From: Hylemonella sp.
Lineage (GTDB): Bacteria; Pseudomonadota; Gammaproteobacteria; Burkholderiales; Burkholderiaceae_C
Direction: 5' to 3'
Assembly: GCA_040377375.1 (NCBI GenBank)
Contig: JBEIOV010000004.1
Span: forward strand, 66,249 to 130,248
DNA length: 64,000 nt
Shown piece after piece: positions 52,262 through 63,985 of the stretch. The first letter of the stretch is position 1. Each line of letters opens with the position of its first letter. The translations under genes were made by a program, and so were the position numbers. The notes beneath the pieces were generated by a model that had not been told where the DNA came from, did no database searches, and saw nothing but the letters and a program-made list of their open reading frames with translations.

Positions 52262-54571
52262 CTAACCCGCCGTCGCCTCTTCTGGCTTGGCCTTGCCTTC
52301 TTTCTTCGGCAGCGGCTGAATGTCCAGCAAAACCTCATCCTTGTCGTCAAGATCCACCGTCAGCCGGCCACCTTCTGTCAGGCGACCGAACAGCAGTTCA
52401 TCCGCAAGAGCGCGGCGGATGGTGTCCTGGATCAGGCGCTGCATCGGGCGTGCACCCATGAGCGGATCAAAACCCTTCTTGGCCAGGTGCTTGCGCAGCT
52501 TGTCTGTGAAGGTGACGTCAACTTTTTTCTCGGCCAGCTGGGTTTCAAGCTGCAGCAGGAATTTGTCAACCACACGCAGAATGACATTTTCATCCAGCGC
52601 CTTGAAGCTCACGCTCGCATCCAGCCGGGTGCGGAACTCAGGCGTGAACAGGCGCTTGATGTCCGCCATTTCGTCACCGGCTTCACGCACATTGGTGAAG
52701 CCCATGACCGCCTTGTTCATCGCCTCCGCACCCGCATTGGTCGTCATGACGATGATGACATTGCGGAAATCGGCCTTGCGCCCGTTGTTGTCCGTCAGCG
52801 TGCCATGGTCCATGACCTGCAGCAGCACGTTGAAGATGTCCGGATGCGCCTTCTCGATTTCATCGAGCAGCAACACGCAATGCGGCTTCTTGGTGACAGC
52901 TTCCGTCAGCAAGCCCCCCTGATCAAATCCGACGTAGCCCGGAGGCGCGCCGATCAGGCGGCTTACCGCGTGGCGTTCCATGTACTCGCTCATGTCAAAG
53001 CGGATCAGCTCAATGCCCATGATATAGGCCAGCTGCTTGGCAGCCTCGGTCTTGCCCACGCCGGTGGGGCCGCTAAACAGGAACGCGCCTATCGGCTTGT
53101 CATCCTTGCCCAGGCCCGAGCGCGCCATCTTCACCGCGGAGGCCAGCACATCCAGCGCCTTGTCCTGCCCGAACACGACGTTCTTGAGATCCCGCTCCAG
53201 CGTCTTGAGCTTGCCACGATCGTCATTGGAGACATTGGCCGGAGGAATGCGGGCGATTTTGGCCACGATTTCCTCGACCTCGCTCTTGCTGATGGTCTTC
53301 TTGCGTTTGGACGGGGGCAGAATGCGCTGCGCGGCGCCGGCCTCGTCGATCACATCAATCGCCTTGTCCGGCAAATGACGGTCGTTGATGTACTTGGCGC
53401 TGAGCTCCGCCGCAGCCTGCAGCGCAGCTACCGCGTACTTGACGTTGTGGTGCTCTTCGAAACGCGACTTGAGCCCCTTGAGAATCTCCACCGTCTGCTC
53501 GACCGAGGGTTCCACCACATCGACCTTCTGGAAACGGCGGGACAGTGCCGCATCCTTCTCGAAGATGCCACGGTACTCGGTGAAGGTGGTCGCACCGATG
53601 CATTTCAGCGCACCCGAGCTCAGTGCCGGCTTGAGCAGGTTGGACGCATCCAGTGTTCCGCCCGAGGCTGCCCCGGCACCGATCAAGGTGTGGATTTCAT
53701 CAATGAACAGCACGGCATTGGGCTTGTCCTTGAGCGACTTCAGAACGCCCTTGAGGCGCTGCTCAAAGTCTCCCCGGTACTTGGTACCCGCCAACAAGGC
53801 CCCCATGTCCAGCGAATAAACCACGGCCTCGGCCAGAATTTCCGGCACATCTTTTTGCGTGATGCGCCAAGCCAGACCCTCGGCGATGGCGGTTTTTCCG
53901 ACACCAGCCTCCCCCACCAGCAAGGGATTATTCTTGCGGCGACGGCACAGGATCTGTATCACGCGCTCAACTTCGTATTCACGCCCGATCAAGGGATCAA
54001 TCTTGCCGTCCTTGGCAAGCTGATTGAGATTCTGGGTGTACTGTTCCAGCGGCGAAGCCTTCTCATTCTTCTCGCTGCCGCTCTCTTCGCTCTCGGCCTG
54101 GCTCTCGCCAGCTTTGCCGGCATCCGGCGGATCGCTCTTCTTGATGCCATGCGCGATGAAATTCACCACGTCCAGGCGGGTGACGCCCTGCTGGTGCAGG
54201 TAATACACCGCATGCGAGTCTTTTTCGCCAAATATGGCCACCAGCACGTTCGCACCCGTCACTTCCTTTTTGCCGCTCCCGGTGGACTGCACATGCATGA
54301 TGGCGCGCTGGATCACTCGCTGAAACCCGAGCGTGGGCTGGGTGTCCACATCGTCCGATCCGGCAACCTGGGGGGTGTTGTCCTTGATGAAGCTGGCCAG
54401 CGATTTTCGCAAATCATCAATATTGGCCGAGCAGGCACGCAGCACTTCAGCCGCGCTGGGATTGTCCAGCAAAGCAAGAAGCAGATGCTCCACCGTGATG
54501 AACTCGTGACGCTGCTGGCGGGCCTCGACGAAGGCCATATGCAAGCTGACTTCCAATTCTTGGGCAATCAT
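52262..54571 (-). CDS. clpA: ATP-dependent Clp protease ATP-binding subunit ClpA
   Basis: 769 aa with two AAA+ modules (GEAGVGKT and GPTGVGKT) and an N-terminal Clp_N repeat. Confidence 0.97.
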   Translation of the reverse strand: MIAQELEVSLHMAFVEARQQRHEFITVEHLLLALLDNPSAAEVLRACSANIDDLRKSLASFIKDNTPQVAGSDDVDTQPTLGFQRVIQRAIMHVQSTGSGKKEVTGANVLVAIFGEKDSHAVYYLHQQGVTRLDVVNFIAHGIKKSDPPDAGKAGESQAESEESGSEKNEKASPLEQYTQNLNQLAKDGKIDPLIGREYEVERVIQILCRRRKNNPLLVGEAGVGKTAIAEGLAWRITQKDVPEILAEAVVYSLDMGALLAGTKYRGDFEQRLKGVLKSLKDKPNAVLFIDEIHTLIGAGAASGGTLDASNLLKPALSSGALKCIGATTFTEYRGIFEKDAALSRRFQKVDVVEPSVEQTVEILKGLKSRFEEHHNVKYAVAALQAAAELSAKYINDRHLPDKAIDVIDEAGAAQRILPPSKRKKTISKSEVEEIVAKIARIPPANVSNDDRGKLKTLERDLKNVVFGQDKALDVLASAVKMARSGLGKDDKPIGAFLFSGPTGVGKTEAAKQLAYIMGIELIRFDMSEYMERHAVSRLIGAPPGYVGFDQGGLLTEAVTKKPHCVLLLDEIEKAHPDIFNVLLQVMDHGTLTDNNGRKADFRNVIIVMTTNAGAEAMNKAVMGFTNVREAGDEMADIKRLFTPEFRTRLDASVSFKALDENVILRVVDKFLLQLETQLAEKKVDVTFTDKLRKHLAKKGFDPLMGARPMQRLIQDTIRRALADELLFGRLTEGGRLTVDLDDKDEVLLDIQPLPKKEGKAKPEEATAG

Positions 54572-54647
54572 GTGATTTCCTTTTGCCGTGCTTTGAGGGT
54601 TAACTGTAATCCGATTCCCATATCAGTTCCGCGCAGAGGTCATCTGC

Positions 54648-55010
54648 CTAAAACTCCACGGGCTCACTAACGCACTTCAGGGGGTGGCCGGCCTTGTGCG
54701 CCGCCTCCAGAACCTGGTCCACCTTCGTGGCCGCCACATCCTTGGAATAAACCCCGCATACTCCCCTTCCATCCAGATGAATCTTCAGCATGATCTGGGT
54801 CGCCGACTCGAGATCCTTGTTGAAAAACTCCTGGATCACCACCACAACAAACTCCATCGGCGTGTAGTCATCATTGAGCATCACCACCTGGTACATCTGC
54901 GGCGGCTTGACTTTCTGTGTTCGCCTCTCCAAAACAACCGATCCGCCATCATCCCGCTCGGGTTGCTGAACCGGTGGCCTGGAGGGAATTCTGGGTGATT
55001 TAGTTGCCAT
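54648..55010 (-). CDS. clpS: Clp protease adaptor ClpS
   Basis: 120 aa with the core [27 protein letters not shown]. It lies upstream of clpA. Confidence 0.95.
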   Translation of the reverse strand: MATKSPRIPSRPPVQQPERDDGGSVVLERRTQKVKPPQMYQVVMLNDDYTPMEFVVVVIQEFFNKDLESATQIMLKIHLDGRGVCGVYSKDVAATKVDQVLEAAHKAGHPLKCVSEPVEF

Positions 55011-55151
55011 GAATTCATTCTATCGAGCCAGCCGGTACGTTGCTGCATGTAGGTGAATTGGTGACGATTTTTCCACTTTCAAGCAACGATTAAGCAGCAA
55101 TGTGCCACTTAAAAGCCGCTCTCTTCAGGCGATGCGCCCCAATTCCGAGCG

Positions 55152-55193
55152 CCAAAAAGAAAAACCGCTCCAAGCCCAATGACCGGAGCGGTT
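55152..55193 (-). terminator. Rho-independent terminator of icd
   Basis: On the minus strand, a 9-bp stem AACCGCTCC/GGAGCGGTT with a 13-nt loop is followed by TTTTTCTTTTT. Confidence 0.7.
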
Positions 55194-55247
55194 CCCAAAC
55201 GCGAGTGAACTGGCCAGCACCATTGCCGGCCAGTCGCCTTCAAACCA

Positions 55248-56501
55248 TTACATATGATCGATCATCACCTGACCAAAGCCGGAGCAGCTGACCTGGGTAG
55301 CCCCATCCATCAGGCGGGCAAAGTCGTAAGTGACTTTCTTGCTGGCAATGGATTTCTCGATCGAGCTGATGATCAGGTCGGCTGCTTCTTTCCAGCCCAT
55401 GTGACGCAGCATCATTTCGGCCGAAAGAATCTCGGAACCCGGGTTCACATAGTCCTTGCCGGCGTATTTGGGGGCCGTGCCGTGAGTCGCTTCAAACATG
55501 GCCACGGTATCGGACAGGTTGGCGCCCGGCGCAATGCCGATGCCCCCCACTTGGGCGGCCAGTGCGTCAGAGATATAGTCCCCGTTCAGATTCAACGTGG
55601 CCACCACGCTGTACTCGGCGGGGCGCAGCAGGATCTGCTGCAAGAAGGCATCGGCAATAACGTCCTTGACGATGATGTCCTTGCCCGTTTTCGGATTCTT
55701 GAACTTGCACCATGGGCCGCCGTCAATCAGCTCGGCACCGAACTCCTTCTGAGCCAGGGCGTAGGCCCAGTCACGGAAGCCGCCTTCCGTGAACTTCATG
55801 ATATTGCCCTTGTGCACGATGGTCATATTGGGCTTGTCATTGTCGATCGCGTACTGCAGGGCCTTGCGCACCAGGCGCTCTGTCCCCTCGCGCGACACGG
55901 GCTTGATGCCAATGCCAGAGGTATTGGGGAAGCGAATCTTCTTGACGCCCATCTCGTCCGTCAGGAACTTGATCAGCTTCTTCGCCTTGTCGGACTCGGC
56001 TTCAAACTCGATGCCGGCGTAGATGTCTTCCGAGTTCTCGCGGAAGATCACCATGTTGGTCTTTTCCGGCTCTTTCACCGGGCTGGGCACGCCCTTGAAG
56101 TACTGGATGGGTCGCAAGCAGACATACAGATCCAATTCCTGGCGCAGGGCCACGTTGAGCGAACGGATACCGCCACCAACGGGCGTGGTCAGCGGGCCCT
56201 TGATGGATACTACATACTCGCGCACCACGTCCAGGGTTTCCTGGGGCAGCCAGACATCGGGGCCATAAATCTTGGTGGATTTCTCACCGGCATAGACTTC
56301 CATCCAATGGATCTTGCGCTTGCCACCATAGGCCTTGGCCACCGCCGCATCCACCACCTTCAACATGACCGGCGTGATGTCCAGGCCAGTGCCGTCACCC
56401 TCGATATACGGGATGATGGGGTGATCCGGCACATTGAGCGACATGTCGGCGTTGACGGTGATTTTCTGGCCTTCTGAGGGCACTTTGATGTGCTGATACA
56501 T
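55248..56501 (-). CDS. icd: Isocitrate dehydrogenase (NADP-dependent, homodimeric type)
   Basis: 417 aa. The N-terminus [27 protein letters not shown] and the loop [12 protein letters not shown] are both typical of E. coli-type Icd. Confidence 0.97.
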   Translation of the reverse strand: MYQHIKVPSEGQKITVNADMSLNVPDHPIIPYIEGDGTGLDITPVMLKVVDAAVAKAYGGKRKIHWMEVYAGEKSTKIYGPDVWLPQETLDVVREYVVSIKGPLTTPVGGGIRSLNVALRQELDLYVCLRPIQYFKGVPSPVKEPEKTNMVIFRENSEDIYAGIEFEAESDKAKKLIKFLTDEMGVKKIRFPNTSGIGIKPVSREGTERLVRKALQYAIDNDKPNMTIVHKGNIMKFTEGGFRDWAYALAQKEFGAELIDGGPWCKFKNPKTGKDIIVKDVIADAFLQQILLRPAEYSVVATLNLNGDYISDALAAQVGGIGIAPGANLSDTVAMFEATHGTAPKYAGKDYVNPGSEILSAEMMLRHMGWKEAADLIISSIEKSIASKKVTYDFARLMDGATQVSCSGFGQVMIDHM

Positions 56502-56708
56502 GTAAAAACGTCTCCGTTAAGTGCGGCTTTTAGCGCCGGAATACCCAAAAAGCACTGAAATTCGGCGAATCGGATAGAGCGACGGAATTCTATCCTCAAA
56601 ATTTTTTCGATTTACTGTCAACCAATGGTAAACGGCTCTCGTTACGGATAGACCTTCCGATCATTGGAAGGAATTTTTGAAATAACGTTATCTCAAGGAA
56701 ACTGAAAA

Positions 56709-57062
56709 ATGAACAAACTTCTCGCCGCTCTGGTTGCTGGTCTTTTCGCTGCTGGCGCTTTCGCTCAAGCCGCTGCTCCCGCTGCCGCTCCGGCTGCTCC
56801 CGCCAAGGCTGAAGCCAAGAAAGAAGAAGCCAAGCCCGCCGCCAAGGTAGAAGCCAAGGTTGACGCCAAGGCCGCCAAGGAAGAAAAAGCCGCTGCCGCC
56901 AAGAAAGCCAAGGAAGAAAAGGCCGCCGCCAAGAAGGCCAAGGCTGAAGAAAAGGCCGCCGCCAAGAAGGCCAAGGCTGAAGAAAAGGCTGCTCCTAAGG
57001 CTGAAGCCAAGCCCGCCGCTGCCGCTGCTCCTGCTGCCAAGAAAGAAGAAGCCAAGAAGTAA
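56709..57062 (+). CDS. Secreted Ala/Lys/Glu-rich repeat protein (117 aa), function unknown
   Basis: It has the signal peptide MNKLLAALVAGLFAAGAFA|QAAAP, followed by low-complexity A/K/E/P sequence with 11-aa repeats EEKAAAKKAKA. It has an AAGGAA SD, GCT/GTT-biased codons and its own terminator. Confidence 0.7.
   Translation: MNKLLAALVAGLFAAGAFAQAAAPAAAPAAPAKAEAKKEEAKPAAKVEAKVDAKAAKEEKAAAAKKAKEEKAAAKKAKAEEKAAAKKAKAEEKAAPKAEAKPAAAAAPAAKKEEAKK
56880..57011 (+). repeat. Tandem 33-bp repeat, about 4 copies (two identical), inside the A/K/E-rich ORF
   Basis: Units are at 56880-56912, 56913-56945, 56946-56978 and 56979-57011. Units 2 and 3 are both exactly GAAGAAAAGGCCGCCGCCAAGAAGGCCAAGGCT. Confidence 0.9.
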
Positions 57063-57080
57063 TTCTTGACGACTTGATCG

Positions 57081-57111
57081 AAAATGCCCGCTCAAGAGCG
57101 GGCATTTTTTA
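57081..57111 (+). terminator. Rho-independent terminator
   Basis: AAAATGCCCGCTC-AA-GAGCGGGCATTTT followed by additional T residues, 19 nt after the stop of the A/K/E-rich ORF. Confidence 0.85.
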
Positions 57112-57132
57112 TTGTTGAATCACAATTGAGTC

Positions 57133-57585
57133 ATGAAACACCTTGCCATCGGCTTCTTCCTGGCGGCCATTCTGGGCAACGCCGTCCATGCGCAGAGTTC
57201 ACCTCAGATGGATCTCCCGCGCATCAAGCTGCAAGCCGGGATGTATCAAATCGACACCCAGGTCGCACTCACACCTGAACAACGGGCCACCGGCTTGATG
57301 CACCGTCGGGAGATGCCGCAGCACGAAGGCATGCTGTTTGTGTTCGAGCAGGCAGCCGTCCAATGCTTCTGGATGAAGAACACCCTCCTGCCGCTGACCG
57401 CCGCCTTCGTCGCAGAGGATGGCCGCATCGTCAATCTGGCCGACATGAAACCCCAGACCACCGATTCACACTGCTCATCCCAGCCCGTTCGCTACGTGCT
57501 GGAAATGAACCAGGGATGGTTCGCCAAAAAAGGCATCAAGGCCGGGTTCAGGCTGGCCGGCAGCCCCTTTGAAGCCACAAAGTAA
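57133..57585 (+). CDS. DUF192 domain protein, secreted
   Basis: It has the signal peptide MKHLAIGFFLAAILGNAVHA. The motifs GLMHRREMPQHEGMLFVF...FWMKNTLLPLTAAFV...YVLEMNQGWF match the DUF192/COG1430 pattern. Confidence 0.8.
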   Translation: MKHLAIGFFLAAILGNAVHAQSSPQMDLPRIKLQAGMYQIDTQVALTPEQRATGLMHRREMPQHEGMLFVFEQAAVQCFWMKNTLLPLTAAFVAEDGRIVNLADMKPQTTDSHCSSQPVRYVLEMNQGWFAKKGIKAGFRLAGSPFEATK

Positions 57586-57650
57586 AAAAAGCTGAATGGC
57601 GCACCGTCCTCGCCAGAACAGTCGTTACGGATACAGGGCGACTGTCCCAT

Positions 57651-57676
57651 GAAAAAAGCCGGCTCAAGGCCGGCTT
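57651..57676 (-). terminator. Rho-independent terminator of sodB
   Basis: On the minus strand, an 8-bp stem AAGCCGGC/GCCGGCTT with a 5-nt loop is followed by TTTT. It lies 22 nt after the sodB stop. Confidence 0.8.
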
Positions 57677-57698
57677 ATGCCAGAAGGCCCCGGGCGCC

Positions 57699-58280
57699 TC
57701 AAGCAAAATTGGCTTCGGCAAAGCTCCAGTTCACCAGTTTGTCGAGGAAGGTCTCGACATACTTGGGGCGCAGGTTGCGGTAATCGATGTAGTAGGCATG
57801 CTCCCACACATCCACCGTCAGCAGGGCCTTGTCGGCCGTGGTCAGCGGCGTTCCGGCGGCGCCCATGTTGACAATGTCCACCGAACCATCGGCTCGTCTG
57901 ACCAGCCAGGTCCAGCCGGAACCGAAGTTGCCGACGGCTGACTTGACGAACGCCTCCTTGAAAGCGGCATAACTGCCCCATTTGGCATTGATGGCCGCAG
58001 CCAGCGCGCCCGAGGGCTCGCCACCGCCGTTGGGTTTCATGCAGTTCCAGAAAAACGTGTGATTCCAGATCTGGGCCGCATTGTTGTAGATGCCGCCGCT
58101 TGATTTCTTGACAATCTCTTCGAGCTTCATCTGCTCGAACTCGGTGCCCTTTTGCAGGTTGTTGAGATTGACCACGTACGCGTTGTGGTGCTTGCCGTGG
58201 TGGTACTCCAGCGTTTCCTTGGAGTAATGCGGGGCCAGGGCGTCAATTGCGAAGGGCAATGCGGGAAGGGTATGTTCCAT
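57699..58280 (-). CDS. sodB: Superoxide dismutase (Fe/Mn family, Fe-type)
   Basis: 193 aa starting [18 protein letters not shown]..., with the metal-ligand block DVWEHAYY. Confidence 0.95.
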   Translation of the reverse strand: MEHTLPALPFAIDALAPHYSKETLEYHHGKHHNAYVVNLNNLQKGTEFEQMKLEEIVKKSSGGIYNNAAQIWNHTFFWNCMKPNGGGEPSGALAAAINAKWGSYAAFKEAFVKSAVGNFGSGWTWLVRRADGSVDIVNMGAAGTPLTTADKALLTVDVWEHAYYIDYRNLRPKYVETFLDKLVNWSFAEANFA

Positions 58281-58324
58281 GATTTCCTCGTGGGTTTGTT
58301 GTTCGAAAATGCTGATTGTAGGAA

Positions 58325-59677
58325 CTAAATGCGCCGGCGTGCCGACACGGTCAGATCAACCTCGCCATCAGCAAGGGTGGCGCGCACGGCCTGGCCGGCA
58401 TAAGTCTGCTGCACACTCGTGATGGCAGCACCATCTTCGCCGCGAAGCCAGGCATAACCCCGCTGCAAAACCAGTGAAGGATCGAGCAGGCCAAGCCGCA
58501 ACCCGGCACGATCAAGGCGCTCGCTCGCGCGGCCCAGGCCGCGCTGAAAACTTCCCGGCATCGCGGCCTCAACGCCTTGCAAATCCCGGCGCTTATGCCT
58601 GAAAAAAAGCGCTGCGGAAAACCCGAGCCGTTGCGCACTGGACGCCAGCAGCAGGCGCTGCCGGGCCGCCAACGCCGAAGGGCGCCCCAGCCTGGAAGCG
58701 GCCAGATCGAGCTGCTGCCCATGGATGTCGATGCGGCGCACCACGGCCTCCTGCAGACGCCGGTCCATGCTGTCGATGGCCCCCAGCCAGGCCTGCCTTG
58801 GCTGCGCGGCGAGCTCAGCCGCCGCCGTCGGGGTGGGCGCACGCAGATCGGCGCAGAAGTCGGCAATGGTGAAATCCGTCTCATGACCGACGCCACTGAT
58901 GACAGGCACCGGGCTTTGCGCTATCGTGCGCGCCAGCCGTTCATCGTTGAACGCCCACAAATCCTCCATCGAGCCGCCGCCCCGGACCAGCAGGATGACA
59001 TCGATGACCGGGTGAGCCAAGCTCGCCTGCGCCCTCTTGTTGGAGATCGAATCACTCCCTGAGCCTTGCTCCCCGGGCGCAAGCAGATATAAATTTGATA
59101 GCGCCTTGACCAGCTCGCCCGCAGCCCCCCCCCCCTGCACGGATGCCGCCACCACGATGACCGGAATATGGGGCACGCGACGCTGCAAGGCCGTCACCAC
59201 ATCGTGCAAGGCGGCGGCACCGAGCGACGTCACCACCCCGATGCCACGCGGCATCAAGGGCGGCGCGCGCTTGCGGGCGGCATCAAACAGGCCCTCGCCT
59301 TCCAGTTTGGCCTTGAGCCTCACAAACTGCTCAAACAGCGCGCCCTGACCGGCCCGGCTCATGGATTCGACAATCAGTTGCAGGTCCCCCCGCGGCTCGT
59401 ACACTCCCAGGCGCCCGCGCACTTCAACCAGTTCGCCATCGCGCGGCGAAAAATCCAGCAAGCCAGCAGCCCGGCGGAACATGGCGCAGCGAATTTGGCC
59501 GTTTTCGTCCTTGAGGGAAAAGTAACAATGCCCGCTGGACGCGCGCGAGAAGCCTGAAATCTCGCCGCGCACCGCGACCGGATTGAACCTGGCATCCAGG
59601 GCATCAGCAATGGCGCGGCATAGCGCGCCAACCTGCCAGATTCGCGGCGTCATCAGAGAAGATTCAGACTCGGACAT
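58325..59677 (-). CDS. xseA: Exodeoxyribonuclease VII large subunit
   Basis: It has an N-terminal OB fold ([22 protein letters not shown]) and the XseA catalytic region. The start is uncertain: ATG at 59677 or 59653, against the ORF-track start at 59743. Confidence 0.88.
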   Translation of the reverse strand: MSESESSLMTPRIWQVGALCRAIADALDARFNPVAVRGEISGFSRASSGHCYFSLKDENGQIRCAMFRRAAGLLDFSPRDGELVEVRGRLGVYEPRGDLQLIVESMSRAGQGALFEQFVRLKAKLEGEGLFDAARKRAPPLMPRGIGVVTSLGAAALHDVVTALQRRVPHIPVIVVAASVQGGGAAGELVKALSNLYLLAPGEQGSGSDSISNKRAQASLAHPVIDVILLVRGGGSMEDLWAFNDERLARTIAQSPVPVISGVGHETDFTIADFCADLRAPTPTAAAELAAQPRQAWLGAIDSMDRRLQEAVVRRIDIHGQQLDLAASRLGRPSALAARQRLLLASSAQRLGFSAALFFRHKRRDLQGVEAAMPGSFQRGLGRASERLDRAGLRLGLLDPSLVLQRGYAWLRGEDGAAITSVQQTYAGQAVRATLADGEVDLTVSARRRI

Positions 59678-59838
59678 AGATAAAAACAGGCCTTGGCGCA
59701 AGATCGGGAAAGCCATTACTCCACAATGCCCTGCGCCTGCCACCGACGCACGGAAAAACGCTGGGAGCGCTTGACTTCATGTTGCAAGCCGTTGATTTCA
59801 TTGGACTTTTATGTGCCTTTTTTGTCATCGTTCTGTCA

Positions 59839-59862
59839 CCAGGGCGCATTAATGCGCCCTGG
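59839..59862. repeat. Perfect 24-bp palindrome CCAGGGCGCATTAATGCGCCCTGG in the xseA-exbB spacer
   Basis: Read directly. It has no flanking T-run on either strand. A second small palindrome CCACAA-TTT-TTGTGG is at 59897-59911. Confidence 0.9.
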
Positions 59863-60024
59863 AGCCGCCTCAGATACGGGTTCTGCACAAAGTTATCCAC
59901 AATTTTTGTGGGTGACACAGCCATCCCGATCACTGTCGCGCAGTACCCGCGTGCCAGCCAGAGCGCTGCACTGCGTGGGTCATAATCGCGAGGCACTTCA
60001 CTTCATCCGTGCGGAGAGACTCCA

Positions 60025-60660
60025 TTGTTTTCAATCATACAAGCCGCAGGCTGGCCCATCTGGCCGCTGGTTGCCTGCTCTGTTCTGGCCCTGGCCCTCA
60101 TCATTGAGCGTTTCATCAGCCTCAAGACCGCCAAAGTGGCACCGCCAGAACTGCTCGACGAAGCCTTGCGTGTTTCACACACCGCCGTTCCGGGACCCGA
60201 CGTCGTGTCGCAACTCGCGCAGAACTCCGCCCTGGGCGAAGTCCTGGCCAGCGGATTCAGGGCCCTGAATTCCGACCCGCGCTGCAGCGAGGAAGACCTT
60301 CGCGCCACCATGGAGGGAGCGGGCCGGGTCGTCGCCCACCGCCTGGAGCGCTACTTGAGCGCGCTGGCCACCATCGCATCCGCCGCCCCGCTGATGGGGC
60401 TGTTTGGCACCGTCATCGGCATGATCGAAATCTTCGGTTCCCAGTCTCCCACGGGCGGCGCCACCGGCGGCAATCCCGCACAACTCGCGCATGGCATTTC
60501 AGTCGCCCTGTACAACACCGCCTTCGGCCTGATCGTTGCCATTCCGTCGCTGATTTTCTGGCGCTACTTCCGGGCCCGGATCGATGCCTACCTGCTGACA
60601 CTGGAACTGGCTTCCGAACGCCTGGTGCGCCATCTCAACGCGCTGCGCAAAGCACCATGA
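60025..60660 (+). CDS. exbB: MotA/TolQ/ExbB proton-channel protein
   Basis: 211 aa starting MFSIIQAAGWPIWPL..., with the conserved block GLFGTVIGMI. It has a TTG start preceded by GGAGAG. Confidence 0.85.
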   Translation: MFSIIQAAGWPIWPLVACSVLALALIIERFISLKTAKVAPPELLDEALRVSHTAVPGPDVVSQLAQNSALGEVLASGFRALNSDPRCSEEDLRATMEGAGRVVAHRLERYLSALATIASAAPLMGLFGTVIGMIEIFGSQSPTGGATGGNPAQLAHGISVALYNTAFGLIVAIPSLIFWRYFRARIDAYLLTLELASERLVRHLNALRKAP

Positions 60661-60694
60661 GTCAACGTGTCCATCAGGCATGCGGAGCGCGGCC

Positions 60695-61123
60695 ATGAAC
60701 TTTCGCCCGAAGTCGCAGGAAGAACCCGAGATCAACCTGATCCCGTTCATCGACGTGCTGCTGGTGGTGCTGATCTTCCTGATGCTGTCCACCACCTACA
60801 GCAAGTTCACCGAACTGCAGCTCAAGCTGCCCGTGGCGGATACCGACGCGCAGCGCGACTACCCCAAGGAAGTGCTGGTCACGGTCAGCAGCGACGGCGT
60901 GTATGCGGTCAACAAGGTACCGGTGGCCGGCCGCGGCCTGGACGCCCTGGCCAGCGCGCTGGCCGAAGGCGCCAAGGCCGGCAAGGAAACCGTGGTGATC
61001 ATCAGCGCGGACGCCAGCGCCAGGCACCAGGCCGTCGTCACCGTGATGGAGGCCGCGCGGCGCGCGGGCCTGACTCAAATCACGTTTGCCACCCAGTCAT
61101 CGGCCCAGGCCGGGGCGAGATAA
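60695..61123 (+). CDS. exbD: Biopolymer transport protein ExbD/TolR
   Basis: ORF 60680..61123 trimmed to the ATG at 60695, after GGAG. It has the TM segment [18 protein letters not shown]. Confidence 0.85.
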   Translation: MNFRPKSQEEPEINLIPFIDVLLVVLIFLMLSTTYSKFTELQLKLPVADTDAQRDYPKEVLVTVSSDGVYAVNKVPVAGRGLDALASALAEGAKAGKETVVIISADASARHQAVVTVMEAARRAGLTQITFATQSSAQAGAR

Positions 61124-61127
61124 ATCC

Positions 61128-62189
61128 ATGCGCAGGGCGTTGCAGCGCATCCTGTTGCGCGCCTGGACCCGCCGCGGCCTGCTGGCCTGGCTGCTGTGGC
61201 CGCTCTCCCTGCTCTTTGGCACGCTGGTCGCGCTGCGCCAGGGGCTGTACCAGATTGGTTTTTTGAAAATCCAGCGCGCGCCGGCCCTGGTTATCGTGGT
61301 CGGCAATGTGGTGGCAGGTGGCGCGGGCAAGACACCGGTGGTGATGGCGCTGGTGGAGCACCTGCGATCGCGCGGCCTGCATCCTGGGGTGATCTCCCGC
61401 GGCCACGGCCGGCGCAGCCGGGATTGCCGCGAAGTCCACGCGCACAGCCTGGTATCGGACGTTGGCGACGAGCCCGCCCTGATCAAGCGCGCGACGGCAG
61501 TGCCTGTCTTTGTGGCGGCCCGGCGCATTGACGCGGCCCGCGCCTTGCTGGCACAGCATCCCGGCACCAACGTGATCGTCAGCGACGATGGCTTGCAGCA
61601 CCACGCGCTGTGCCGCGATGTGGAAGTCTGCGTGTTCGACGACCGGGGTGTCGGCAACGGCTTTTTGCTGCCCGCCGGTCCCTTGCGCGAGCCCTGGCCA
61701 CGCCGTTTCAGGCAGGGCAGGCCCGGACCGGTCCCCTCGGCCCTGGTGCTGCACACCGGTTCGCACCCTGCTTTTGCCGGTTTTACCGCCCGGCGCGCAC
61801 TGGCCCGTCACGCCCTGCGCGCCGATGGCACCCGCCTCACGCTGGAGGCCTTGGCTCAAACCGGCGGCAAACCCTTGCTGGCCCTGGCCGCCATTGCCCA
61901 GCCCGACGCCTTTTTTGCCATGCTGCGCGCGCAGGGTTTGACGTTGGCGCATACGCTGGCACTGCCAGATCACTATGATTTTGATAGCTGGTTACGACCG
62001 TCCGACAAGGACTATGAGCTGATTTGCACCGAAAAAGATGCGATCAAACTGTGGCAAATCCATCCTGATGCGCTGGCCGTTGCGCTGGAATTCAGCCCCG
62101 AACCCGGCTTCCTGGCGGCACTGGACAGTCTGCTGCCCGGCCAGGCGCGCACACCGCTATCATCCCGGCATGGACACACGACTTCTTGA
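61128..62189 (+). CDS. lpxK: Tetraacyldisaccharide 4'-kinase
   Basis: ORF 61086..62189 trimmed to the ATG at 61128 ([10 protein letters not shown]...). It has the P-loop [12 protein letters not shown]. Confidence 0.9.
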   Translation: MRRALQRILLRAWTRRGLLAWLLWPLSLLFGTLVALRQGLYQIGFLKIQRAPALVIVVGNVVAGGAGKTPVVMALVEHLRSRGLHPGVISRGHGRRSRDCREVHAHSLVSDVGDEPALIKRATAVPVFVAARRIDAARALLAQHPGTNVIVSDDGLQHHALCRDVEVCVFDDRGVGNGFLLPAGPLREPWPRRFRQGRPGPVPSALVLHTGSHPAFAGFTARRALARHALRADGTRLTLEALAQTGGKPLLALAAIAQPDAFFAMLRAQGLTLAHTLALPDHYDFDSWLRPSDKDYELICTEKDAIKLWQIHPDALAVALEFSPEPGFLAALDSLLPGQARTPLSSRHGHTTS

Positions 62190-62352
62190 ACTGCTGGTAT
62201 GCCCTGTCACCAAGGGCCCTCTCGAATACGACCGTGACAAGCAGGAACTGACCTCGCGCAGCGCCCGGCTCGCCTATCCGGTGCGCGACGGCATTCCCGT
62301 TCTGCTGGAGAACGAGGCGCGCACGCTCACGGACGAAGAACTCGGACTGTGA
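62170..62352 (+). CDS. ycaR: Trm112-family small protein (YcaR/UPF0434)
   Basis: 60 aa ([27 protein letters not shown]...[17 protein letters not shown]). It overlaps the lpxK end by 20 nt and sits in the conserved lpxK-ycaR-kdsB order. Confidence 0.8.
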   Translation: MDTRLLELLVCPVTKGPLEYDRDKQELTSRSARLAYPVRDGIPVLLENEARTLTDEELGL

Positions 62353-62366
62353 TCCCGGCCTCGTCC

Positions 62367-63161
62367 ATGCGTTTTACCGTCCTCATCCCGGCCCGGCTGG
62401 CCTCCACCCGCCTGCCCGACAAGCCGCTGGCCGACATTGGCGGCGTGCCCATGGTCGTGCGGGTCGCGCAGCGCGTCCTGGCCGGTGGCGCCGGCACGGC
62501 CAGCACCCGCGTCGTGGTGGCTGGCGACAGCCCGCAGATCATCGCCGTGTGCCAGGCCCATGGCATCGAGGCCGTGCTCACCCGAACCGATCACCCCTCG
62601 GGCAGCGACCGGCTGGCCCAGGCCTGCGAACTGCTGGGCCTGTCCGACGAGGAGATCGTGGTGAACGTGCAAGGCGACGAGCCCCTGATCGATCCGGCCC
62701 TGGTCAATGCCGTGGCCCGGCTGCTGGTCAGTTGCCCCGAAGCCAGCATGAGCACGGCGGCGCACGCCATTGACAACGCCGCGGACTTCGCCAACCCGAA
62801 TGTCGTCAAGGTCGTGCTCGACGCCAGGAACCTGGCTTTGTATTTCAGCCGCGCGCCCATCCCGCACTGGCGGGATCAGGCAGTGCCAGCGCACGGGCAC
62901 GACAGCCCGGCCCAGGACATCGCCCGCCGGCCTGGCCCGGCACCCTTGCGCCATATCGGCATCTACGGCTACCGCGCGGGTTTCCTGCGCCAGTTCCCCA
63001 CGCTGCCACAGGCTCCGATCGAAGTCACGGAAGCCCTCGAGCAACTGCGTGCCATGTGGCACGGCCACCGCATTGCCGTTCATGTGGCAGCGCAGGCGCC
63101 CGGTCCCGGAGTGGACACGCCGCAAGACCTGGAGCGCGTGCGCAGACTGTTCGCGGCGTAA
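62367..63161 (+). CDS. kdsB: 3-deoxy-manno-octulosonate cytidylyltransferase
   Basis: ORF 62349..63161 (GTG start) trimmed to the ATG at 62367 ([21 protein letters not shown]...). Confidence 0.9.
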   Translation: MRFTVLIPARLASTRLPDKPLADIGGVPMVVRVAQRVLAGGAGTASTRVVVAGDSPQIIAVCQAHGIEAVLTRTDHPSGSDRLAQACELLGLSDEEIVVNVQGDEPLIDPALVNAVARLLVSCPEASMSTAAHAIDNAADFANPNVVKVVLDARNLALYFSRAPIPHWRDQAVPAHGHDSPAQDIARRPGPAPLRHIGIYGYRAGFLRQFPTLPQAPIEVTEALEQLRAMWHGHRIAVHVAAQAPGPGVDTPQDLERVRRLFAA

Positions 63162-63245
63162 GCCTGCCCCAAGCCCGGCATGCTATTCTCCAAGCCAATG
63201 AAGCGTTGCAAGCTGCCTGCCGGCGGCCCCAGCAACGCCGTCTGA

Positions 63246-63926
<681 letters not shown>

Positions 63927-63941
63927 GGCCGCGATGATGCC

Positions 63942-63985
63942 CCCCCAAGAGAAAAGGCCGCATGCGCGGCCTTTTCTCTTGGGGG
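63942..63985 (+). terminator. 20-bp perfect-stem hairpin after adk (terminator-like, no canonical T-run)
   Basis: CCCCCAAGAGAAAAGGCCGC-ATGC-GCGGCCTTTTCTCTTGGGGG, read directly. Confidence 0.55.

Noticed and set aside
56688-57095. A 135-aa minus-strand Gly/Ser/Leu-rich ORF antisense to the A/K/E-rich gene.
   Set aside because: It is the mirror image of the low-complexity repeat. The plus-strand frame has the signal peptide, SD and terminator, and the antisense frame has none of these.
59779-59985. A 68-aa plus-strand ORF in the xseA-exbB spacer.
   Set aside because: It has no SD, its hydrophobic and basic composition shows no pattern, and it spans the 24-bp palindrome. It is likely non-coding.
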